Assembly (NCBI GenBank): GCA_030040715.1
Contig: JASHTF010000082.1
Location: 31 to 64,030, forward strand
DNA: 64,000 bases
Reading direction: 5' to 3'
DNA from: Gammaproteobacteria bacterium
Lineage (GTDB): Bacteria; Pseudomonadota; Gammaproteobacteria; Steroidobacterales; Steroidobacteraceae
Within the stretch, counting starts at the first letter, position 1, and each line of letters starts with the position of its first letter. The notes under the pieces were generated by a model, which saw only the letters and a program-made list of their open reading frames with translations, ran no database searches and was not told the origin of the DNA. The position numbers and the translations under genes were made by a program. Below are positions 55,305-64,000 of the stretch, one piece after another.

Positions 55305-56498
55305 CTATCGCCGGTCAATCGAGGTGTTGCTCGATGGGGACTGGGGAGACCCATTGCTGAGGCGCAGCCCCGCGCCGCTCGTGAGATAAACCGCAAACGT
55401 GCCGAGCCAGTGACCACCTTCGTAATATTGACCAGTGACGGCCGGTAACGAGGCCTCGCGATGACGGGCCGCTGTCGCGAGGAGCACGGGGATGCGTGGA
55501 TCGTGCAGCGGGAGACCATCGGCAATGCCCTCGAGCATCCACGCGCGACTTAGGTTGAGGCCATCGATGTGTGCGAGCTTGGGATCGGAGCGATCAGTAA
55601 CTACGGCCGGCTGCAGCCATACGGTCCCCTGCTTGGGAATCCCCGGCAGGAAAGCGCTCAACCATCGACCGAACTGCGTCGGGCCGAGCACCCGGCGCAT
55701 GAAGTCCGCTTCGGCGAGACACGGCGAGAGAAAGTCCTCACCCGATGGCTCATAACTCAGCGGGCAGCTTCGATCCGCGAGGTAGTAGCGATGTGCCGCG
55801 TCGGTCAGGAGGCTGCGCATCGATGCGTCTCCCGCTACGCCCGCCCAGTCCCAGATGAGACCGAAAGAGAAGGCGGTCTGGTCGTGCTCGCCGATGCGGA
55901 TCGGATAGTGCAGCTCCGGAACCCAGGTCTTGAGCCGCTGCACGACCTCGGCCTCGAGTGGGCGCAGCGTCACTGACCACTGCTCGGCCTGCGGGTCGTG
56001 CCACTGTCGCAGCTCCGCGGACAGCTTCAGGAGCCACGCCAGCCCGTAGGGTCGCTCGAAAGACGAGCGATCGTCGCGCGACAGGTACCGCACCTCGCCG
56101 GCAATGTTCTGCGGCGTGAAGCTTGCAGCGAGCTCGGCACGTGCCTCGGCCGCGAAGGGGGCGTCGGGAAACATTCGCAGCAGCCGTACCAGCAGCCAAT
56201 GACCGTGCACGTCGGAGTGCCAATCGAGACAGCCATAGAACGCGGGCGTGAGCTGGTGCGGTGGTAGTGCATCTGCGGCACTGTCCATCATATTCGAGAC
56301 ATGGTTGGGGTATTCCTGGTGCAGGCATTTGAGCGCAAGGTGCGCGAAACGTGCGGCGGTAGCGACGTCGAGCGTGGCGGGTTGCGCCACGTCCGCGTTT
56401 GCCGTTGCCAGGAAAGCAATACACAACACGCCGAGCTGCGCCGCGACCGCAGGGTATCGGCGAATCCTTGGAATCAGGCACCGGTGTACTGCTCCCAT
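55305..56498 (-). CDS. DUF2891-domain protein (secreted)
   Basis: LHYPIRIGEHDQTAFSFGL and other segments match my recollection of DUF2891. I prefer ATG 56498 because it gives a signal peptide (…LGVLCIAFLATANA). The ORF stays open up to GTG 56621. Confidence 0.7.
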   Translation of the reverse strand: MGAVHRCLIPRIRRYPAVAAQLGVLCIAFLATANADVAQPATLDVATAARFAHLALKCLHQEYPNHVSNMMDSAADALPPHQLTPAFYGCLDWHSDVHGHWLLVRLLRMFPDAPFAAEARAELAASFTPQNIAGEVRYLSRDDRSSFERPYGLAWLLKLSAELRQWHDPQAEQWSVTLRPLEAEVVQRLKTWVPELHYPIRIGEHDQTAFSFGLIWDWAGVAGDASMRSLLTDAAHRYYLADRSCPLSYEPSGEDFLSPCLAEADFMRRVLGPTQFGRWLSAFLPGIPKQGTVWLQPAVVTDRSDPKLAHIDGLNLSRAWMLEGIADGLPLHDPRIPVLLATAARHREASLPAVTGQYYEGGHWLGTFAVYLTSGAGLRLSNGSPQSPSSNTSIDRR

Positions 56499-56627
56499 GT
56501 CGCCATCATACGTCAGCCGCTCGCAAAGCACGTCATCGCTCGGCAGACAGGGCCCCTGAGGGTCGAGGGTCGGCCGCTCCGACCGGATCATCGGAGCGGC
56601 TCGAACGCCTGTCCGAGTCACCGGCTG

Positions 56628-56771
56628 TTACCGTTGCGCGGTGAGCATGGCCGCGGCGACTTGACTCGTATGGATAGACGTCAGCCGTGCGGTGTAATAA
56701 TCAAGCGAGAGAAGCTCTCCGGCCGTGAGAACAAGGGCGGCCAACAAGGCGATTAAGCGAGGGGCGTTCAT
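56628..56771 (-). CDS. candidate 47-aa small secreted or membrane peptide
   Basis: AAGGAG lies 8 nt before ATG 56771. Translation is MNAPRLIALLAALVLTAGELLSLDYYTARLTSIHTSQVAAAMLTAQR. It ends 6 nt before the upstream limit of the DUF2891 ORF. Confidence 0.3.
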   Translation of the reverse strand: MNAPRLIALLAALVLTAGELLSLDYYTARLTSIHTSQVAAAMLTAQR

Positions 56772-56940
56772 GGGGTGACTCCTTGTTTGATCCACGCCGC
56801 CTAGTCTTCGCCTTCGCGGCCGTAGCAACAAACACGATGTCTGAACGCGGCATCAAAAAAACTTAATTCCCGCACAGCCTCGATCGCTTGCCGTTCAACC
56901 CCTTGCGTGCGGGGCCGATCAGGCGATCGAGGCGCGCCCG

Positions 56941-58125
56941 CTAGCGGTTCTGGCCGCTTGTCCTCTGGATGCTAACTATGCTGCGCGGATAGTCGTTCAG
57001 CTCCTCGGAGGCCGAGCGCTGGTGGGGAGGCCCGGCGTAAGGAGAGAATTTCTGCGATGGCGCTGTGGCTGAGAGGGCTGCCTTGGAGGGCGGCCAAATG
57101 AAGACTTGGATGAATTGCGCCCGCAATGCAGACGAGATTGCCGTGTTCTCCTTGGTCTTTGGATCCGGATAGCCGTCTGCAAGCCGCCGCAGCTCCTTGT
57201 ATAGGGACATTGAAGCGAGCTGCCCGTAGCTCTGGCAGTGTGTCGACTGGGACCGCATGAGTTGCAGGTACCAGGTTTCGATGTCGGCATAGCCGCCGAT
57301 CAGTCCTTCGGCTCCCGTGGTGGTGAGCCGCAGCCGCAATATGGCCCCGCGCAAATATTCATCGGCCGGTACCTCGAACACGGCCCAGGGAAAGGCTAGA
57401 TCGGCTGGCTCGGTAATGAGCACGCCATCGACGATCTTTCCGTGCAGGTGCTGAATAAAGCGCGCACCCCAGCGCGTGTCGATGCGTTCTGTGCCACCAG
57501 GAATGATGTTGCCATCGGCTCCGGTCTGCAGAGGATCGAGGCCTCGGTAGACGTTCACCGCGACGTGTTCGCTGTGTTCGAGGCTGGTGATACCGGTGAT
57601 CTCGATCAACAACCGGTTATAGCTCTCCTTGACCACCTCCAGGCTGTTGAGCTCGTCGTTAGTGCCGTGAAAATCGCGGTAACTGTTGATGCATCCGAGG
57701 GCTCGGTACAGCTGGTTGTCGATGCCCGGCTCGCCTTCCGGGCTGGTGAAGTCATTGGGGCCAACCTTGCCGTCGAGATTCAAGCCTAAGGCGACGTGTC
57801 CGCCCGCCTCGTGGAACGAGAACCGGTCCGGTGCCGTCGTCGGAAACCAGTTCTCGATCTCGCGCCTGAGCTGCGTGCCAGCCAGTTTCCTCGGCGCGCC
57901 GTCGTCGGGATATAGAGCCTTGAACTGATCGCGCGGACCATCGTTCACGCCATCCGGGCAATCGACTTGGGTGCCGGGCGTCAGGTAGGTCGCCCAGCGA
58001 AGGCCGGTCACTGCGTAGGCGATCGCGCCAGCTCTAATCGGACTCTCGTCGGCAGTCGCTTGCAGTGTCAACAACAACGCCGCGCTCAGCCCAGTCCAGG
58101 TGAATTTGGCGACGCGATCGCCCAT
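56941..58125 (-). CDS. hypothetical secreted protein (394 aa, no recognisable domain)
   Basis: ATG 58125 gives the signal peptide MGDRVAKFTWTGLSAALLLTLQATA. The upstream 93 codons of the tracked ORF are Arg/Ala-rich and overlap the neighbouring divergent gene. Confidence 0.6.
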   Translation of the reverse strand: MGDRVAKFTWTGLSAALLLTLQATADESPIRAGAIAYAVTGLRWATYLTPGTQVDCPDGVNDGPRDQFKALYPDDGAPRKLAGTQLRREIENWFPTTAPDRFSFHEAGGHVALGLNLDGKVGPNDFTSPEGEPGIDNQLYRALGCINSYRDFHGTNDELNSLEVVKESYNRLLIEITGITSLEHSEHVAVNVYRGLDPLQTGADGNIIPGGTERIDTRWGARFIQHLHGKIVDGVLITEPADLAFPWAVFEVPADEYLRGAILRLRLTTTGAEGLIGGYADIETWYLQLMRSQSTHCQSYGQLASMSLYKELRRLADGYPDPKTKENTAISSALRAQFIQVFIWPPSKAALSATAPSQKFSPYAGPPHQRSASEELNDYPRSIVSIQRTSGQNR

Positions 58126-58249
58126 CGGTAGTCCCCGATCAGTGCTATGCGCGCAGTCTGCGCACGCAGCCAATTTTACGGCACCATGTTCCGCCCGCAT
58201 ACGATTTTGCGGTAGCTTGTACTCTCTAAAGAGGAGTGCCTTGAAGTCG

Positions 58250-58900
58250 ATGACGGCTGGCGATAAGTCAAGCGGCGAGACGCTGGATTCGGCCGCCGAG
58301 GCGCGGCGCGCGATCATGGCCTGGCGGCGCGCGCAGCGGACGGCGCTCATTGCTGCGCGCATCGGCATGAGCGCCGACGCGCATCGGGAGGCAACTCGGC
58401 TCATTCGCGAGCGCCTGCGTGCCTACCTGCAGCAGCACGAATTCGCGGTGCTGGCGGGCTACTGGCCGATAAAGCGCGAATTCAACGTGCTGCTCTGTCT
58501 CGCCGAGCAGGTGGCCCGGGGCGGGCGCGTGGCGCTACCGTTCATCAGTGTCAAAAACCAGCCATTGGAATTTCGCCTCTGGACGCCCGGCGCCTCCATG
58601 GCGATCGGCGTGTATGACATCCCCTACCCAGCGGAGGGTGCGGCGATACGGCCCAATGCGCTGCTCGTCCCGATGGTGGGCTTCGATGCGGACGGTTATC
58701 GACTCGGGTACGGAGGCGGCTACTACGACCGCACGGCTGCCGCGCTGGTACCTCGCGCACGGCTGATCGGCATCGCCTTCGAGTGCACGCAGCTCCCGAG
58801 CATCCGGCCGCTCGCGCACGACATCCCGATGGATTGCATTATCACCGAGCAGACCACGCGCACCTTCAGCGCCGATCAGGACTTACGATCGCTAACCTGA
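58250..58900 (+). CDS. 5-formyltetrahydrofolate cyclo-ligase (MTHFS)
   Basis: GYWPIKREFN and the C-terminal GYRLGYGGGYYDRT motif. The start is ATG 58250 or TTG 58241, following GAGGAG. Confidence 0.85.
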   Translation: MTAGDKSSGETLDSAAEARRAIMAWRRAQRTALIAARIGMSADAHREATRLIRERLRAYLQQHEFAVLAGYWPIKREFNVLLCLAEQVARGGRVALPFISVKNQPLEFRLWTPGASMAIGVYDIPYPAEGAAIRPNALLVPMVGFDADGYRLGYGGGYYDRTAAALVPRARLIGIAFECTQLPSIRPLAHDIPMDCIITEQTTRTFSADQDLRSLT

Positions 58901-60105
58901 CGCGCGAGCTCCGCCAGCTCATCGGGGCCGATGTCCTCGGTGGGCAGCTCGATGACGTCCGTCTCGCCCTCAGCGTTGCCGGGGCTGCGGCGCGGGGCAC
59001 GCGGCGCGGACGGCGGGCTGCTGCGGGCAACCGTGGGCGCAGCAGGCGGCGGCGCGTTGAAGGAGGCGGGGCGGGGTGGTGTCGGCTCGGCCGCGACCGC
59101 GGCAGCCTGGTCGGTGCGCACCCAGTCGTGCTGCTGCTCGATCCAGCGCTGGTAGCGCGCGAACGACCACAGTCCTTCCTCGGCGCCGGACTGGAGGACG
59201 TTCGCGAGCTGGCTGAAGTTGCCGGCGCGGATGGTGCCGCGTGCGCCGGAGCTCGGCAGCAGCAGCTCGCAGCGTGGGACGCGCAGCTGCGGGCCAGTAA
59301 GGAACTCCAGACGCTGACAGCTGGCCCCGACCAGGCAGTCGGCGAGCTGCGCGCGCACGCTCGCCTGCAGATCCGCCGGGAACGACAGACATAGTCGTTG
59401 GAGCGCCTCCGCACAGGTGGCAGCGTGCATGGTGGCGAGCACCAAGTGGCCGGTCTCCGCGGCCGTGAGCGTCAGACGCATGACCTCGGGCGTGCGCATC
59501 TCGCCGATTACCAACACGTCAGGGTTCTCGCGTAACGCATCGATGATCCCCTGCTCGAAGCTCGGAGCATGCGTGGGTATCTCGCGCTGGCGGATCAGCG
59601 CCCGGCGGTTCGCGAACAAATATTCGAGCGGACTTTCGAGCGTCACGATGTGCCGGGCGCGCGAGCTGTTGAGCTCCTCGATCAGCGCCGCGAGGGTGGT
59701 GGACTTACCGGCACCGGTCGGGCCGGAAATGATCACCAGGCCGCTGGGCGCCTCGAGCAGCCGGCGGAAGTCCGGGTGCAGATTGCAGGCGTGCAGGTCC
59801 CGGACCGATGGGGTAAGCAGGCGCACCGCGATGCCGATGCCGCGCAGTGTGCGGTAGAAGCTCGCCCGGCAGCGCAGGGCCCCGAGCGACAGTGCCAGGT
59901 CGGCGGAGCCGCGCTCGAGGAAATGCGCCCAGCCGTCCGCCCCCAGTGCATCCTGCGTGGTCTGCAGCAGCCGGTCGGCTGGTAGCACCGTGCCCAGCGA
60001 CTGCAGCTCCCCGCGAACGCGCACCACCACGGGAGTGTCGCTCTCCAGATGCAGATCGCTCGCGCCGAGCGCCCGCGCACGCGCCAACCACTCTTGTAGA
60101 GACAT
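58876..60105 (-). CDS. PilT-family secretion/twitching ATPase homolog with a roughly 85-aa Pro/Ala-rich, acid-tipped C-terminal extension
   Basis: MSLQEWLARARALGASDLHL, Walker A GPTGAGKSTT, Asp box, Walker B DVLVIGEMR and His box TGHLVLATMH. The PilT AIRNLIRE signature is absent (GTIRAGNFSQL instead). The tail is ...EPTPPRPASFNAPPPAAPTVARSSPPSAPRAPRR...DVIELPTEDIGPDELAELARQ. Confidence 0.85.
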   Translation of the reverse strand: MSLQEWLARARALGASDLHLESDTPVVVRVRGELQSLGTVLPADRLLQTTQDALGADGWAHFLERGSADLALSLGALRCRASFYRTLRGIGIAVRLLTPSVRDLHACNLHPDFRRLLEAPSGLVIISGPTGAGKSTTLAALIEELNSSRARHIVTLESPLEYLFANRRALIRQREIPTHAPSFEQGIIDALRENPDVLVIGEMRTPEVMRLTLTAAETGHLVLATMHAATCAEALQRLCLSFPADLQASVRAQLADCLVGASCQRLEFLTGPQLRVPRCELLLPSSGARGTIRAGNFSQLANVLQSGAEEGLWSFARYQRWIEQQHDWVRTDQAAAVAAEPTPPRPASFNAPPPAAPTVARSSPPSAPRAPRRSPGNAEGETDVIELPTEDIGPDELAELARQVSDRKS

Positions 60106-60191
60106 GCCGCTAGCATGCACCTGTTGTGATGGAGGCGAAAGCCGGCGCGCGGCGATGCCGCAACCCGGCGCGGCGAGGCGTGGCGCGTTGA

Positions 60192-61127
<936 letters not shown>

Positions 61128-61139
61128 GCGCCGCACCGA

Positions 61140-61748
61140 CTATGCCGGCCGCTCGCGGGGCAACTCCCGACGCTGCGTGTGCCGCAGCGTTCGAAACGTG
61201 ATTGAGTACCGCAGTCCCGGCGTCGGGGGGATTCGGTGCTGCCACCCCCAGCGCGCCTCGCCCTCCAGTCGATAGATGGACCTCGGTGCCAGCTCTACGG
61301 CAATGGATCGTTCGCGCGCTTTCGGCGGATAGTGCCGAAAACGCATCTTGCAGGCGCTCCCCAGAGAGACTCCGACGACGAGTTCGTAGTAGGGCACATC
61401 TCGATGCCATCCGAGCTGTGTGCCTGGGGCGTATTCGGCCACTAGAGCCTGGCTGAAGTCCGCCGCAGCGCATCCCGTCCAGTCGGCCACACGCTCACGC
61501 AGCGGGTGAAGAAACGCCGCAATCGGTTCGGCCTCGAGCAGCCTGTTGGCAGTGAAGTCGTAGCGGCCACCGTAACTCTGAATCCGCCGCTTGGCACGAA
61601 ACTGCTTGTACTCGGCCTCTCGGAGCGAGAGCTTGCGGATTTCGTCGATCAGAGCCAGCTCTTCCGCTTCCGCAAGAAAATGCAGTTGGTAAACATAGCC
61701 CTTTACGAGAGTGTCTCCGGCTATGGCAAACGGGTCATTCTGAGTCAT
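61140..61748 (-). CDS. alkB: AlkB-family Fe(II)/2-oxoglutarate dioxygenase
   Basis: From ATG 61748. EYAPGTQLGWHRDVPYYELVVGVSLGSACKMRF...RWGWQHRIPP...RYSITFRTLR parallels the E. coli AlkB HxD...H...RxxxxxR core. Confidence 0.8.
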   Translation of the reverse strand: MTQNDPFAIAGDTLVKGYVYQLHFLAEAEELALIDEIRKLSLREAEYKQFRAKRRIQSYGGRYDFTANRLLEAEPIAAFLHPLRERVADWTGCAAADFSQALVAEYAPGTQLGWHRDVPYYELVVGVSLGSACKMRFRHYPPKARERSIAVELAPRSIYRLEGEARWGWQHRIPPTPGLRYSITFRTLRHTQRRELPRERPA

Positions 61749-61842
61749 GATAGATGGGCGAAGAATACAAGAAGCGCCGGACGATGGGGTCGCCTGCAGC
61801 CCTGCGTGCAGTCCGCGGGTTGCCATCGCGGAGGAGACTGAT

Positions 61843-63717
61843 ATGCCGCTGGTCACTTACGGGCTGTGGGCAAGGCTGCTGGCGCGGCTGATAGTGCCCG
61901 CCTCGTTGCTCGTTCTGAGCACTGCTGCAGCTGCACAGCAAAAGCAAGTCATCTCCTTGCGAGTGGACGCGACCGACATCGGCCGCAAACTGCTCCATTC
62001 GGACATGGAAATCCCGGTGACGCCGGGCAATCTCACTCTCGTGTTCCCGAAATGGATTCCGGGCGAGCACGCACCTTCCGGACCGCTGAACAACCTGGTG
62101 TGGATGAAATTCTCCGTCGGGGGCCGGCCGGTTCCCTGGACGCGCGACCCGGTAGATATGTTCGCCTTCCACCTTCAGATCCCTCCCGGAGCGCAGCGAC
62201 TCCAGGTCGCTCTCGATTACGCGCTGCGGCCGGACGAGGCCACTCCGTTCCTGTTCTATCTGTTTTGGAACGCGGTTTTGCTCTACCCGCAAGGCGTGAA
62301 CACGGATGACATCAGGATCCAGGGGCAAATCCATCTGCCCTCGGGCTGGCGGTATGGCTGCGCCCTGTTTGGCCGGGTATTGACCGACGGTACCATTCAG
62401 TTCCCGGTCACCTCGCTGACGACTCTGGTCGATTCTCCGCTGCTCGCGGGCGTGCATTTCCGCAGCTTCACTCTCGACAACGGCGCTATCCCCGTCACGA
62501 TGGACGCTGCCGCCGACAGCGAGGAGGGCCTGAATCTGTCTCCCCAGTTGCTGCAAAACTTTCGAAGAGTGATCAGAGAAACCGACGCTCTGTTTGGCGC
62601 CCGCCACTACGAGCACTACGTCTTTCTGCTCGCTCTGTCTGACGAAGTCGGCGAAGACGGTACCGAGCACCACCAATCCACCGATATCACCTTGCGCGAG
62701 CGCGGTCTCATCGATTCATCGGACCAGATCGCCTCCCTCTACCTGCTGCCTCATGAATACGTTCATTCGTGGAATGGCAAATACCGGCGGCCCGCAGATC
62801 TGTACACGACCAATTATCAGGATCCTATGAAGGGCGGCCTGCTGTGGGTCTACGAAGGCCTGACACGCTACTTGAATTGGGTCCTGGCGGCGCGCTCGGG
62901 CCTGTTTGATCTCCAGCAGGCCCGCGATTACGCGGCGCTCATCGCTGCCGAAACGCAGCATCGCTCCGGCCGCGAGTGGCGCTCTCTGGAGGACACCGCT
63001 GTGTCCGCCCAATTTCTCTACGGCGGCGACCAATGGGAGTCCTTGCGTCGCACCACCGACTACTACGATGAGTCGCTGCTGATATGGCTCGAGGCCGACC
63101 AGATCATCCGCGGCAGGAGCGCTGGCCGCAAATCCCTGGACGATTTCTGCCGCGCCTTTTTCGGTGCGCCCGGCGGCCCGCCCACCGTCAAACCGTACGC
63201 GCTCGGTGACCTGGTCAAAGCGCTCAATGGCATCGCCTCTTACGATTGGGCCGATTTCTTCAAGCACCGCGTCTATGAAACCGACCCGGCGCCGGTCGCT
63301 GGACTGAGCGCCAGCGGCTGGAATTTAGGCTATGGCGATATTCCAGGTCCGGTGCTGGTCGCACGAGATAGCGATCATCACACCGTCGAGGAGCGCTATT
63401 CGATCGGTCTGTTACTCCGTTCCGACGACGGCATCATCGTCGATGTCGTGCGCGATTCGCCGGCCTGGCGCGCGGGCCTCGGTCCGGGCATGAAGATACT
63501 GGCCGTCAACGGCCGTGTGTGGTCGGCACAGAACTTGCGCGCTGCGATCGCGGCCGACCGCAAAACATCTGCTCCGATTGCGATGACCATACAAAGCCAG
63601 TCAGCCGTTTTCGGAACGGCCATCGACGACCACAACGGCTTGCGGTACCCGCGACTCGAGAGAAATTCCAACCCGGACACGCTGTCCGAGCTTCTCAAGC
63701 CTCGCGCCGCGAATTGA
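61843..63717 (+). CDS. M61-family glycyl aminopeptidase with a C-terminal PDZ-like domain (paralog 2)
   Basis: GAGGAG RBS before ATG 61843 and a signal peptide. LLPHEYVHSWNGKYRRPADLYTT (HExxH) and YEGLTRYL. Collinear with the gene at 53337..55277. Confidence 0.9.
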   Translation: MPLVTYGLWARLLARLIVPASLLVLSTAAAAQQKQVISLRVDATDIGRKLLHSDMEIPVTPGNLTLVFPKWIPGEHAPSGPLNNLVWMKFSVGGRPVPWTRDPVDMFAFHLQIPPGAQRLQVALDYALRPDEATPFLFYLFWNAVLLYPQGVNTDDIRIQGQIHLPSGWRYGCALFGRVLTDGTIQFPVTSLTTLVDSPLLAGVHFRSFTLDNGAIPVTMDAAADSEEGLNLSPQLLQNFRRVIRETDALFGARHYEHYVFLLALSDEVGEDGTEHHQSTDITLRERGLIDSSDQIASLYLLPHEYVHSWNGKYRRPADLYTTNYQDPMKGGLLWVYEGLTRYLNWVLAARSGLFDLQQARDYAALIAAETQHRSGREWRSLEDTAVSAQFLYGGDQWESLRRTTDYYDESLLIWLEADQIIRGRSAGRKSLDDFCRAFFGAPGGPPTVKPYALGDLVKALNGIASYDWADFFKHRVYETDPAPVAGLSASGWNLGYGDIPGPVLVARDSDHHTVEERYSIGLLLRSDDGIIVDVVRDSPAWRAGLGPGMKILAVNGRVWSAQNLRAAIAADRKTSAPIAMTIQSQSAVFGTAIDDHNGLRYPRLERNSNPDTLSELLKPRAAN

Positions 63718-64000
63718 CCGCGCGGCTGCATGGCGACGCTTTCGTCGCGGTGCGACATCGGCCGTTGCTACGACAGCCGTGGACCGAGGCGCCCGTGACA
63801 CCTCATTGTGTGACGAGAGTCTCAATCTTCGGGTCGCCGTCTGACATAGGTTGACACCAGAATAGCGACACGCGGCGACACCATCCAAGGCACGGTCGCC
63901 ACCGGGGAGCACATGAAATCAGCATCACCTGGCGAGTCTTCGGGGTCTGAAACGACGGGGGCGGGGGAGCACAGCGGTCGCTACATGATCACCCTGTGTC

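Noticed and set aside
58783-59414. Overlapping ORFs in several frames (203 aa plus strand, 182 aa and 140 aa minus strand)
   Set aside because: They fall in the very GC-rich region encoding the Pro/Ala-rich tail of the PilT-like protein. Only the PilT frame continues into recognisable ATPase motifs.
61735-62676. 313-aa minus-strand ORF
   Set aside because: It is antisense to the second M61 peptidase gene and overlaps the alkB-like start region. No motifs.

Overview
This is a high-GC bacterial chromosomal segment; hand counts on sampled 60-nt lines give about 62-65% GC over most of the window. The gene content looks like an environmental Proteobacterium (DUF4124, UrcA, HemF, RND/OprM efflux), but that taxonomic guess is only an inference. 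I can support about 55 protein-coding genes, one tRNA-Arg(CCU), one clear intrinsic terminator and one near-consensus sigma54 promoter. I found no rRNA, CRISPR array, transposase, integrase, reverse transcriptase or recognisable defence-system gene.

Layout by coordinate:
- 1-711: the 3' end of an FAH-family hydrolase gene, then tRNA-Arg.
- 0.7-9.1 kb: a lower-GC block next to the tRNA that is almost purely signal transduction. It holds a MEDS protein coupled to a PAS/sigma54 activator, then a sigma54 promoter, then an operon of NTF2-like protein, STAS protein, beta-propeller histidine kinase and LuxR response regulator.
- 9.2-18.9 kb: a DoxX-like gene, AraC and LysR regulators, a tripartite RND efflux operon, and a trailing polytopic membrane protein.
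- 19.1-29.2 kb: an oxidative catabolic cluster. It contains DoxX, a RutE-like nitroreductase, an aldehyde dehydrogenase, an amidohydrolase_2 decarboxylase, an SDR, NTF2-like proteins, and a cytochrome c / 2Fe-2S / molybdopterin hydroxylase.
- 29.3-31.2 kb: a low-GC pocket of orphan genes.
- 31.4-49.2 kb: many secreted hydrolases, including NHL/PAL-like propellers, M20 peptidases, a 996-aa PD40-amidohydrolase, and a cluster of a beta-lactamase-fold hydrolase, an MFS transporter, an M15-like protein and an Ntn acylase.
- 49.3-52.8 kb: a minus-strand redox operon of a PQQ-type dehydrogenase fused to cytochrome c, a cytochrome b, and a YedY-like Mo enzyme.
- 52.8-64 kb: two M61 aminopeptidase paralogs bracketing DUF2891, a secreted orphan, 5-formyl-THF cyclo-ligase, an orphan PilT-like ATPase with a Pro-rich tail, hemF and an alkB-like gene.

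The best candidate for an undescribed system is the MEDS/sigma54/STAS/propeller-kinase cascade at 1.2-9.1 kb. I cannot show that it is novel without database searches. Many long ORFs in the supplied track are antisense or out-of-frame artefacts of high GC, and I rejected them.
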